The position numbers and the translations under genes are program-made. Shown in pieces: positions 42,194 through 51,807 of a stretch of 64,000 bases of DNA. The stretch's first letter is position 1. Every line of letters begins with the position of its first letter. The notes beneath the pieces were generated by a model that was not told where the DNA came from, did not search any database, and saw nothing but the letters and a program-made list of their open reading frames with translations. The DNA is taken from IMG/VR virus record IMGVR_UViG_3300023199_000204, positions 124,001 through 188,000 of that record, one strand, 5' to 3'.

Positions 42194-42269
42194 GCACCCG
42201 TATCGGACAGGACTTCTAATCCTGAGCACCGTAATTGGATCGATGCAGGTTCGAGCCCTGCCGGGTGTA
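42194..42269 (+). ncRNA. Non-canonical tRNA-like RNA with Arg(TCT) anticodon hairpin and rearranged D-arm
   Basis: Acceptor GCACCCG/CGGGTGT, CAGGA-CTTCTAA-TCCTG only 7 nt after acceptor, T-arm GCAGG-TTCGAGC-CCTGC. Confidence 0.75.
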
Positions 42270-42331
42270 TTAAAGAAGAAGTTAAAGAGAGCCGAGCACA
42301 CAAAGAAGTTCCATTTACAACGAGGTGAATA

Positions 42332-43598
42332 ATGGAAATCTCCGCGCCAGCATTTATGCAAAAAGGATTGGTCTTTTTGATCGATCTAGGAGCCGACTGT
42401 AAAGAAGAGGTAATCTCTCACGAGATGGGGAGGAGCTTTTGGGGACCTGGTTTTTGGTGGAAGGTGGTAAAGGAGCTACGAAGCAGAGGATACGACATTT
42501 CTCCGGAAGACCTTGGGAGAACCATTGCCAAAATGTACTATGACTTTCGTCCCAACGAGATGATGAATGAGCAAATGGTATCCTATGGATACTCCCAGTG
42601 TTCGAAGTGTGAATTGAGGTATCTTAAACACAAGTTCAAAAGTCACGATCCGTGTGATAATTGCAAAGGTGGTGAATAGAGGTTTCGCAATTTCCGGGAC
42701 TTAGAAAAGGAGAGAATCAAAATGAATAATTTCAAGCGTCTCCGTAAAATCTCGAACACTATCGGCATTTCCCAAGTCAACATGGGAAAGACCGCAGAAG
42801 GGAATGGTCACGTCTCGGTTATTCTGAGAAATGGTCTTTCTATCCGTTCGGAATACGGACAGGGAGACTTTCAGAAAATCTGGTCGGCTATTCACGTATG
42901 GAAGAAGGCACAGGGTCTTCCGTTCTGTTACAACGGCAGTTCGCACGGCTTCGTGTCGCGACTTCGTAAAAAACAGCCGAAGCGAGTAAGAGATGTTTAA
43001 GTCAATTCGGGAGTGGGTTCGCAGAAGGAGAATCAATAAGAAAACAGCGCTGACGGCTTCACGGTTCAAGTGGCTTGGCCTTGAACTTATCAAGGTCTTT
43101 CCCAAGAATCACGATGGGACCGTAAGGATTACCGCGAAGGTCGTCGGCAAGCCAGTGGAATACATCGGAAAGGATTTCAACTTTCAAGGTCGCAAGTATA
43201 TCGTAAAGGATATGGAGTATGGAAAACTCTGTGATAGCATCGTTGGTCTTCGGTGTATAGACATGGGAAGAAATAGATAAGCTTGAAGGGCTTATATGAG
43301 CCCTTTCGGCATTCGAGGAGAAAAAAAGATTATGTTTTCAAACGATGACATTTGGGATTTCCTGAACTTGGAGAGGAATTTTCGCTATGTTGGAGGTCTT
43401 CTTCGTTTTCTAGAAGCACTTCCCGACAAGAAGAACTGTGCCAACCCAAGGGAGCCTGATTGTACGTCAGCTCGCTACATTGGGACTATCATTGTTCGTA
43501 ATGCTTATAATGCTTATAACGCGATGCGAGATGAGGAAAATATGACAAGGGACTGGGGCAACATCATAGATATGGTGTTGGCTTTTAACAACGAATAA
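42332..43598 (+). other. Four small hypothetical ORFs (42332-42679, 42722-43000, 42993-43280, 43332-43598)
   Basis: RBS-preceded open frames. Confidence 0.7.
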
Positions 43599-43787
43599 GG
43601 AGACAAACGATGTCTTTCAACAAAATCAAAAAGGAGTAAGAAATGGGATATATCTGTGCTCCAATTGTTGTGGTATATGTTGCGATTTTGTCAGCTTTGT
43701 GTCAGAAAAAAGAAGTGGACTCAATGAATAGATAGATAGATAGGTTTGCTATCCTTGAACAAACTACCTAATTAAAGGTAATAGAAA

Positions 43788-44024
43788 ATGAATTACGAAA
43801 AATATGAAGTAAGAGTATATACTGATGGAGATAAATATTGGTATCAAGAGGGAAAGCTTCATCGGACCGATGGTCCAGCAGTAGAATTTGCCAATGGAAC
43901 TAAACTTTGGTATATAGAAGGGAAAGAATATACTAAAAAAGAGTTCATTGAACTCTTGAAGAATGACTGTGATGGAAAGACCGTCGAAATCGACGGAAAG
44001 AAATACAAACTAATTCTTCAATAA
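43788..44024 (+). CDS. RTDGPA repeat protein, copy 2 (one unit)
   Basis: Shared MNYEKYEVRVY N-terminus and KTVEIDGKKYKLILQ C-terminus. Confidence 0.88.
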   Translation: MNYEKYEVRVYTDGDKYWYQEGKLHRTDGPAVEFANGTKLWYIEGKEYTKKEFIELLKNDCDGKTVEIDGKKYKLILQ

Positions 44025-44386
44025 GGAAAGACAAATGAGCAACAAAGTTACACCTCAAAAAAAACACATGCAATTCTTCGTTTGTAGTTGCGCGATCAAA
44101 TCAGCAATACTGAAGCGAAAATCGCTCAAATGAGCGAGAAAAAAAAAGCAAGGGTGTGCGAAAAGCCATTCGGCAAAACAAAAGGCAACTGCAAAAATTG
44201 AGAGAGCGCAAGCACGAAGTAGAGCAGCTTCAACGTTATTATGGCGACTAATTAGTAATTAATGGTGGGGGCATCTTAAATAAAGTTCTATAGGCTATCG
44301 GTCTTTTTAGACCCATGGCCTATAGGCATTCGAAAGGGTTTTGGCAATAAAACTCAAACTTGAGAGAAACCAAAAAGGAGAAAGAA

Positions 44387-45076
44387 ATGATTAACTTTGC
44401 CATTTATTCTCATAGCTCTCTGACTTCACTTCCTGTTGCCGATTTTGGTCCGGCGCTTCAAAGGATCAATAATTCTCCCTTTGAGTTCTGGCTCACGGGA
44501 AGTTTTTATTTCGGCAATTACACTATCGATAGCGACTTGGATCTCTACGTTGCTGACGAGAATGCCGTTCATCAGTTCATAATTTCGCTTGGCGGAGTTG
44601 TTCTTAATGGAGTCGCCGGCTATTCTGATTCGAATACCAAGCTCGTTTATAGAATCAAAAACCCAACAATAATGCTTCGGCACATTGACATCCAGATTAG
44701 CAAAGATGTAAAAAGGAAAAAATATCTAGAGCGCAAAATAATGTGTGGTGGTTCACTATACACTACTTTTATAAGTTTGGACAAGGGCGACCGTCGTTCT
44801 TTTTATAACTCCCTATATAGTTTGACTAGTTATAATGAGGAGGAGGAGAAGAAAAAACAACTGCCTTGGTATCATAATGGACAGTATCATCCAGCCGATG
44901 GTCGTCCAATAGCTGAGGGTCTATCTATGAAATCTATCGCATCGCGATCAATTGCCTCTCGCAAAGGTCAAACCATAAAGAAGCAAGATACTTGTACTAA
45001 TTGTGGTTCTCTTGGAGAGGATCTTATCTTCAAGTTCTATTGCTCCAATCCTTCTTGTTCTAACTACAAACCGTAA
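44387..45076 (+). CDS. Nucleotidyltransferase (MNT-like) with C-terminal zinc ribbon; paralog of 38637
   Basis: LTGSFYFG...DSDLDL, HIDIQ; CTNC...CSNPSC. Confidence 0.8.
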   Translation: MINFAIYSHSSLTSLPVADFGPALQRINNSPFEFWLTGSFYFGNYTIDSDLDLYVADENAVHQFIISLGGVVLNGVAGYSDSNTKLVYRIKNPTIMLRHIDIQISKDVKRKKYLERKIMCGGSLYTTFISLDKGDRRSFYNSLYSLTSYNEEEEKKKQLPWYHNGQYHPADGRPIAEGLSMKSIASRSIASRKGQTIKKQDTCTNCGSLGEDLIFKFYCSNPSCSNYKP

Positions 45077-45089
45077 AGGATGTTGGGAG

Positions 45090-45971
45090 ATGAAAAACAA
45101 AGCAGTAAACATCAACCCTGGAAGCCCTGAAGCTGTAAAGCGTGGCTGTAAATGTCCCGAGATAGACAATGGTTACGGAAAAGGTTATATAGGTGGTCGA
45201 TACGATCCGGAAACTGGTCAGGTGATGTATGTCACAAGCAGTGCCTGCCCACTTCATTGGGAAAACTAAGGAGAGAATAATGGCTCGTCGTAAAAACACA
45301 ACTCGAAAAGTTCTTTTTCTTTGCGTCTTCGCTCTGGCTGTCTTTGGTGGATGGTCTCTTTGGAAAGGACACGGAAAGAAGTGGTTCTTCAAGGGCAAAG
45401 CTCAGGTGGAGAAAGTCACGAAGGCAGTGAAGAAGAGTTTGAAGTAATTTAAGGAGTAAAAGATGGTCTCGGTAACAAAAGATATGATGGGAAAAATCAC
45501 TTTTCTCATTGGTCAGAAACTAACTCTACACTTTTTACTCAAGAGCGAGGTTACTCCGCGATTCAAAAATTGGGGATATTCTTCGGAAAAGTGTAAAAAC
45601 TACACTTCTTATGGTTTCGGACTTGGAAAGTTAGCTTTTTTGGTATATAATAAGCAGGTGAATTAATGAGAGTTAAGTTCCTGATGTTTGGAAATCTCAG
45701 TTGTCAGGGGAAGGCTTTTTCACAAGTAGATAAAGGATGGGCTATACTTCAAGCCCGTGTTTGTGATAATACTGTTGGTGAGTTAATCACTGATTGGGCA
45801 AACGATTACGAGATTTGGTTGTTTGGAGATAACCCTTGGCTTTGTTCTGGTTTGGAAGTTGAGAAAGCTTTGACAGAACAATTGGATTGTGAGTTTCTTG
45901 AGAAAGAAATTCTCAGACTCAATAAGCACGAGGGTTTGCCAGTTTACGGCTGGGTTGCTATTCACTCTTAA
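45090..45971 (+). other. Four small hypothetical ORFs (about 45090-45269, 45280-45447, 45463-45666, 45666-45971)
   Basis: RBS-preceded open frames; first has CKC...CPLH. Confidence 0.65.
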
Positions 45972-46115
45972 GTTTATGGGGCTCAATGAGCCCTATAGAT
46001 ATTCGAAGGGTGCTAGGTTTATAGTTTAACTTAACATTAATCTTAAATTCAGACTTAAAATTTAATATTTCATTCTAGCACCCTTCTTCTTAGCATAACT
46101 TTGCGAACTTTTTAT

Positions 46116-46197
46116 GCCGGAATGGTGAAATTGGTATACACGGGAGACTCAAAATCTCCTTCCTTCGGGAGCAGGGGTTCGACTCCCCTCTCCGGCA
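46116..46197 (+). tRNA. tRNA-Leu(CAA); no encoded CCA
   Basis: GGAGA-CTCAAAA-TCTCC, long variable arm, GGTTCGACT; one acceptor mismatch. Confidence 0.93.
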
Positions 46198-46296
46198 TCA
46201 AGGACAAGCTATATTGTAGAGAGTTATTAAGCTTTCATTGAAAGTTGTGAATAATGAGATCTGCTCACCTCGGATCCAAATTTTTAGAGGAGAATA

Positions 46297-46542
46297 ATGA
46301 CTAAAAACAGAACGAAGCTTCCTAAGTTCATTTGCCTTGGTTATAACTTTTCAGAAAACGAAATAATGCGTTTTGATTGTGTTGCTGAAACAAAAGAGAG
46401 GGCTGCTGAAAAAGCAAAGACCCGTCTAGTAAAAAGCATCGGAATGAATTAAGTTCATTATGATTGGTCAGTTTACAACGTTTCCAATGCGAAACTCTAT
46501 GATATATTTAATACCGAGTTGGTTTGGAAGGGAGACCAGTAG
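46297..46542 (+). pseudogene. Small ORF with in-frame TAA at 46450
   Basis: GGAG RBS; frame stays open 29 codons past the stop. Confidence 0.5.
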
Positions 46543-46841
46543 TTTGGTAAGTGATTTTAAATCCCGATAGGTTTTATTCCTTCGGGACTTAGCAGGAACT
46601 CAGGCTGCGAAATGACCTTGTTTTGTACTATCTTTTGGTGTAAGACCGCAAGCTGGGCTAGCCCGCTTACATTAGGATTGGTGAATATAAGTAATCATTA
46701 TTAGGGCTAAAGCCCAGCTGATGCCTACCTGAGTATGCTTATCGGCCCAAAAGGGCCTTTAAGCATTCGAAGACAGTAAAGATTAGAAAGAAAACATTGT
46801 TGGAGCAATTTTTACCACCCGACAGGCGCAAGGTTATAAAA

Positions 46842-47216
46842 ATGAATTACGAAAAATATGAAGTAAGAGTATATACTGATGGAGATAAATATTGGTATAA
46901 AGAGGGAAAGCTTCATCGGACCGATGGTCCAGCAATAGAATATGCTAGTGGAACTAAACAATGGTATCAAGAGGGAAAGCTTCATCGGACCGATGGTCCA
47001 GCAGTAGAATATGCTAATGGAGATAAATTTTGGTGGAAAGAGGGAAAGCGTCATCGGACCGATGGTCCAGCAGTAGAATATGCCAATGGAACTAAACTTT
47101 GGTATATAGAAGGGAAAGAATATACTGAGAAAGAGTTCAACGAACTCTTGAAGAACGATTGTGATGAAAAGACCGTCGAAATTGACGGAAAGAAATATAA
47201 ACTAATCCTTCAATAG
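46842..47216 (+). CDS. RTDGPA repeat protein, copy 3 (three units)
   Basis: 69-bp periodicity. Confidence 0.88.
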   Translation: MNYEKYEVRVYTDGDKYWYKEGKLHRTDGPAIEYASGTKQWYQEGKLHRTDGPAVEYANGDKFWWKEGKRHRTDGPAVEYANGTKLWYIEGKEYTEKEFNELLKNDCDEKTVEIDGKKYKLILQ

Positions 47217-47458
47217 GGAAATAAATGGAAAGCATCTCAACATTGATTGGCGCCATATGGCTAACAGCAATTTTTGCTTCAGCAATAAGTTGGTGTATTA
47301 GTTGCGTAAAATTGTGGCGTTGGGATAAACATCAGCAACGAAATATCTTTTAAAAGTGGGAGCCCATATGGGCTCCCTCGATTTGTTCGAGCTAATATAA
47401 GCTTGGCTTCTTTATATAAGGTTAAAAAATCACTTAACGCGTACAAAAGAGGGACAAT

Positions 47459-48276
47459 ATGAAAAATCTAGTTATTTTAATGATTTTACTTTCCTCTTGT
47501 GGGAGAACTGAAGTAAATCCTTCAAATTCCGTTATAGTTGTTGCGACTGATGGATATGTAGTTATTCCTACCACTTACACTTGTAAAGAGGATCTTTCAA
47601 AGGACTTTATTGAATCCAAAGAATTATGTCTTACTAATTATAAATGTAAAAATAAAGTTTTTACATTTTATATGACGTATTTTTGTTTGGATGGAGGAAC
47701 ATTTTGTTTCATTAGGAGAAGTCATAATCAAATTAAATGGAAGTCGTGGGTGTTATTTGTTAATTCACGATTTTGCGAACTTTCGAAAGATTTGAGGTTC
47801 AAGCCTTTAATGAACTTTTGGTTGCTTGGAAAGAACGAAGTTTTGATATTGGAAAAAAAATAAAAAAGGATTTAAATTAATTCCTTTTCAAAAGGCACCA
47901 AATGGTGCCTTTAAGTATTCGAAAGGGATTAAGCAATATGAAGCTTTGGCACATTGGAAAGAGACCTCCGTTCCCAAAACCTTTTAATCTTACTTTTATG
48001 AGCACTTCACGAACTGCTTGGATTCGACCTGGTAGGTCCGATATTAAATGCGGAGTTTTCCTTTCTCCTCGGCCCGATCTCGTTTCTAAAAATCATAATC
48101 GTGTTGGTAATGTTTATACCGTTGAAGTTCCTCGCAAAGTCATAAAGGCTATGGGAGGAATTTTAATTTACGACAATGCTCCTGAAATCATTATTGATGA
48201 TGAACATTGGGTTTATTGTCATTTTATTGGTAGGTCTAAAAAGTGGGAAAAGAAAATTGAAAACATTACTTTTTAA
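47459..48276 (+). other. Two hypothetical ORFs (47459-47863 with lipoprotein-like signal LLSSC; 47938-48276)
   Basis: Each directly downstream of a hairpin-TTCGA element. Confidence 0.65.
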
Positions 48277-48545
48277 ATTAATAGGGAATAAACTATAAAA
48301 TTAGCTAATGCGATTAATACATCCTTGGCTAAGGGAGAATTTAAGAAAGTATCTCAAATGGTTACTAACCAAAAAGAATTTCGAAGATTTATAAAGGAAG
48401 GAAAATGAAAAGAAATAAAAAAAAACCCTCAAAGCCTATATCTTCTTGCCCAGAATGTGGAAATGGAACTCACGGACAAGATGCCCTGTGTGATAAACAT
48501 TGGTCGGAATATTTGGGACAACATATTGGTGGAAGGTAATAGAAA

Positions 48546-48920
48546 ATGAATTACGAAAAATATGAAGTAAGAGTATATACTGATGGAGATAAATTTTGGT
48601 ATAAAGAGGGAAGTCTTCATCGGACCGATGGTCCAGCAGTAGAATATGCTAATGGAGATAAATTTTGGTGGAAAGAGGGAAAGCGTCATCGGACCGATGG
48701 TCCAGCAGTAGAATATGCCAATGGAACTAAACTTTGGTGGAAAGAGGGAAAGCGTCATCGGACCGATGGTCCAGCAGTAGAATTTGCCAATGGAACTAAA
48801 TTTTGGTATATAGAAGGGAAAGAATATACTAAGAAAGAGTTCAACGAACTCTTGAAGAATGACTGTGATGGAAAGACCGTCGAAATCGACGGAAAGAAAT
48901 ACAAACTAATTCTTCAATAG
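48546..48920 (+). CDS. RTDGPA repeat protein, copy 4 (three units)
   Basis: 69-bp periodicity. Confidence 0.88.
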   Translation: MNYEKYEVRVYTDGDKFWYKEGSLHRTDGPAVEYANGDKFWWKEGKRHRTDGPAVEYANGTKLWWKEGKRHRTDGPAVEFANGTKFWYIEGKEYTKKEFNELLKNDCDGKTVEIDGKKYKLILQ

Positions 48921-48930
48921 GAAAATAAAA

Positions 48931-49473
48931 ATGTGTTGTGAAGATTGTACACACATTGGTGTATCAGATTATGATGGAGCGTGTATCTCTTGTGGAGAGC
49001 AGATTTTAATTGAGAGGAGCTATTATGGCTATCGTTGTGCTGATGGCTCTCTAGAATTTAAACTCGCGACAGCTCAACCTGAAGCCGATGCGACGATAAT
49101 TTTTAATTGTGATGCTGCTTCGTGGCATCAAGCAATGGACCAATGGCACGAATTTAATGGTTGGAAGCCATATGTTCCTTTAAAAGATAAAAGTGAGTGA
49201 TAAACAATGGCTGATTTTTTAAACGTTATTATAGACACAGGACACGTAGCACTTACTGACAGGGAAACATTGTTTCCTGATGAAGAGTTGGTACACGTAT
49301 TTCGTGAAGACAATCCAAAAACAATCTTCGACTTTCTAGTTATCATTGGTGCTTTCAAGTCTAAAAGCCAAGCCAAAAAAAACTGGAAAGGCGGTCCTAT
49401 TCAGGATGGATGGAATGAGTGGTTCATAGGCAAAAAGAAACGCCACTTGTGTATATGGAAACCCAGTTTTTAA
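48931..49473 (+). other. Two small hypothetical ORFs (48931-49200, 49207-49473)
   Basis: Open frames; first has CEDC...CISC. Confidence 0.7.
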
Positions 49474-49628
49474 AAGAGAGGAAAACTAAATGTCGAACAT
49501 TAGCCGGCACTGAAAAAGAGACAACAAGCCCGAAGAAAAAAAAGAACAAGCGTAACAGTTCTTTAATAGAATATTATTTGTATACTGGCACCCTGCCTTA
49601 ATAAATTTTTAATGGAAGGTAATTCATT

Positions 49629-49949
49629 ATGTTGACGAAAGAACAGGAAAAAGAGATTATTAATCGTGCTCTTATTCAAAGAAAAGGTGAAATTAAATTG
49701 CGTAGTGTGAAACCCGAACACCGCTATGACGATATGGGAAAATATTCTTATTTCGTATGGCGACTAGTTCGGGTTTATAGTGGAGAAGATACTAGCAATC
49801 CACGATTGGCTGGGAAACTCTCTGTTAAGTTTTCAGAAGAAGTTCGCGAAAGTCTAAAGAACTTGGCGATTAAGATTACCAAGTATCTTTATACTAAGTC
49901 TACTACCACCTCTACTAAAAAGAACGAACAAGAAACAGTTACGGTTTAA
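49629..49949 (+). CDS. Hypothetical protein, AT-rich paralog of 36861-37160
   Basis: MLTKEQEKE...RKG...YFVWRLVR..GED. Confidence 0.8.
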   Translation: MLTKEQEKEIINRALIQRKGEIKLRSVKPEHRYDDMGKYSYFVWRLVRVYSGEDTSNPRLAGKLSVKFSEEVRESLKNLAIKITKYLYTKSTTTSTKKNEQETVTV

Positions 49950-50364
49950 TATTATAATAATATGAAGATTCAAAAAGAACGAGAGTTGTTAAAAGAATTG
50001 AGTCCTATCTTTGTTCTAGGGGGAGGGGCTAGGGAGAAAGCTATAGATTTATATCTTGAATGGCACAAATATGCCTTTAAAGCTAGTTATTCAAGATTAA
50101 AAGCAATAGCTAAACTAATAAATGTAAGGGAAATATAATTTAATTGGGGTGAATTTTGACAAAGAAAGATTATGAAGCTTTTGCTGAGATAATTAAAGAT
50201 CCCTGGGCTTCAATAAGATATAAAGAAATTAAAATTGAAGAGGTAATTGAAATTTTAATTGCTGATTTTTGTAAGTTGTTTTCTTATGATAATACAAATT
50301 TTGATGAGAATAAATTTCGCCAAGCTTGTAAGCCAGATAATTTTATAGTTATTGGAGAATAAAA

Positions 50365-50748
50365 ATGAACTATGAAAGATATGAAGTAAGAGTATATCCT
50401 GATGGAACTAAACTTTGGTATCAAGAAGGAAAGATTCATCGGACCGATGGTCCAGCACTAGAGTATGCCAATGGAGAGAAATATTGGTATAAAGAGGGAA
50501 AGCTTCATCGGACCGATGGTCCAGCAGTAGAATATACTAGTGGAGATAAAGAATGGTATCAAGAAGGAAAGCTTCATCGGACCGATGGTCCAGCAATAGA
50601 ATATGCTAATGGAGATAAATTTTGGTATATAGAAGGGAAAGAATATACTGAAAAAGAGTTTAATGAACTCTTGAAGAACGATTGTAATGGAAAGACCGTC
50701 GAAATTGACGGGAAGAAGTATAAACTAATCCTTCAAATAGGAAATTAA
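50365..50748 (+). CDS. RTDGPA repeat protein, copy 5 (three units)
   Basis: 69-bp periodicity. Confidence 0.88.
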   Translation: MNYERYEVRVYPDGTKLWYQEGKIHRTDGPALEYANGEKYWYKEGKLHRTDGPAVEYTSGDKEWYQEGKLHRTDGPAIEYANGDKFWYIEGKEYTEKEFNELLKNDCNGKTVEIDGKKYKLILQIGN

Positions 50749-51095
50749 TAATGGAAAAGCGAAGCTTGCTAAATAAAGAGATTCAGGGCGATTCTTGGGA
50801 GGCAGATACAATTATATTTGAACTATATGGAGCCCCTATATCTTCATCACCTAAGCCTCAAATTCTTTGGACGAGAGTTTGGACCAGTTTTTTGTGAAGA
50901 TGCTCAAGAGAAAGAACTTGGCGTATGGTTTGTGATCACAACTAATGGAATTCATACTGATTTTTTAATGTCTCAAAAGACTTTTAAAGAAATGTCAAAG
51001 TATGTTAAATGAAGATGTGGTTGGCGTCGTCATTTTTGGAACTTAAAGCTTCGTTTGCGAAGCTGGTGGTTTTGGTTTCGTAATAATTAAAATAA

Positions 51096-51204
51096 GTGGT
51101 AGTAGTCTAAAAGCGATCAAAACGAGAGGAAGGGTTCATCCCAACCGAGCGGGACTAGGACGCCGTAGGCCACGGAATTGTAGGTTCGAATCCTACCTAC
51201 CACA
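51096..51204 (+). ncRNA. tRNA-shaped RNA with expanded D-arm and no canonical anticodon loop
   Basis: Acceptor GTGGTAG/CTACCAC+A, T-arm GTAGG-TTCGAAT-CCTAC, stem TAGTC/GACTA enclosing about 45 nt. Confidence 0.7.
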
Positions 51205-51217
51205 TAAGGAAAAAAAA

Positions 51218-51700
51218 ATGAATTATTTTAAAGATCTTTCGCGAGCATTTTATCTAATTTCTATTGCGTATTGTATTGATAAAAAAGATCTTTCTATGTC
51301 GACTTACGTAATGTCGGCATCTGATAAAGATCTTATTCTTGTTAGTATTTATAGGAACAAATATGCTCAATCCACACCGAATTTTTTGAGAAAAACAGCT
51401 TCTTTAATTAAAGAGAATATTAAAAACCTAATTGTTATTTCTGTGAAAGATTCTCAATTTAACCATTAATCTTATTTTGATAATCTTCCAAGCAGAGAAG
51501 ATATTCTAGATTCAATTGAAAAAGACAGAAGTATTGCTCACGAAATTCATAATCCATTTTATAATGCTGTTCGTGAAATTGCTGAAACTTTTTCTTTTCC
51601 TGAAGTTTTTACACATTTTGGGGAGAGAGGAACTCCACATCCTAATGGTTATGTTAGGATTAAAAAATTCCATATTAATGAGATTAGTAAAAAAAATTAG
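51218..51700 (+). pseudogene. ORF interrupted by in-frame TAA at 51467
   Basis: Frame continues open 76 codons after the stop. Confidence 0.6.
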
Positions 51701-51734
51701 GACTTTTAAAAAAAAGGTGGTGAGAGAAATAATA

Positions 51735-51807
51735 GAGCCCATAGTTTAACGGTTAAAGCGTAGGTCTCATAAACCTGTTAGTCTAGGTTCGAATCCTAGT
51801 GGGCTCA
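51735..51807 (+). tRNA. tRNA with CAT anticodon (Ile2 or elongator Met); no encoded CCA
   Basis: GAGCCCA/TGGGCTC, TAGGT-CTCATAA-ACCTG, GGTTCGAATCC. Confidence 0.93.

Larger units (their letters stand above)
35761..47922 (+). repeat. Dispersed element: GC hairpin + 8 nt + TTCGA (consensus stem-TTTAGGYRTTCGA), about 20 copies
   Basis: TTCG(A) at 35802, 36002, 36313, 36497, 36599, 36832, 37216, 37574, 37851, 37979, 39447, 40764, 41020, 42115, 43312, 44329, 46002, 46766, 47386, 47918; variants at 38569 and 58195. Confidence 0.92.

Noticed and set aside
35761-47922. Hairpin-TTCGA elements as a CRISPR array
   Set aside because: Stems are not identical, spacing is irregular (about 100-2000 nt) and the intervals contain genes.
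10189-50748. RTDGPA repeats as diversity-generating retroelement TR/VR
   Set aside because: Differences are not confined to adenines, and no reverse transcriptase is in the window.
51122-51131. ACGAGAGGAA as a sarcin-ricin loop mimic inside the tRNA-like RNA
   Set aside because: The GAGA tetraloop matches, but the 5' AGUA bulged-G strand reads AAAA and no supporting stem is evident; kept only as a curiosity.
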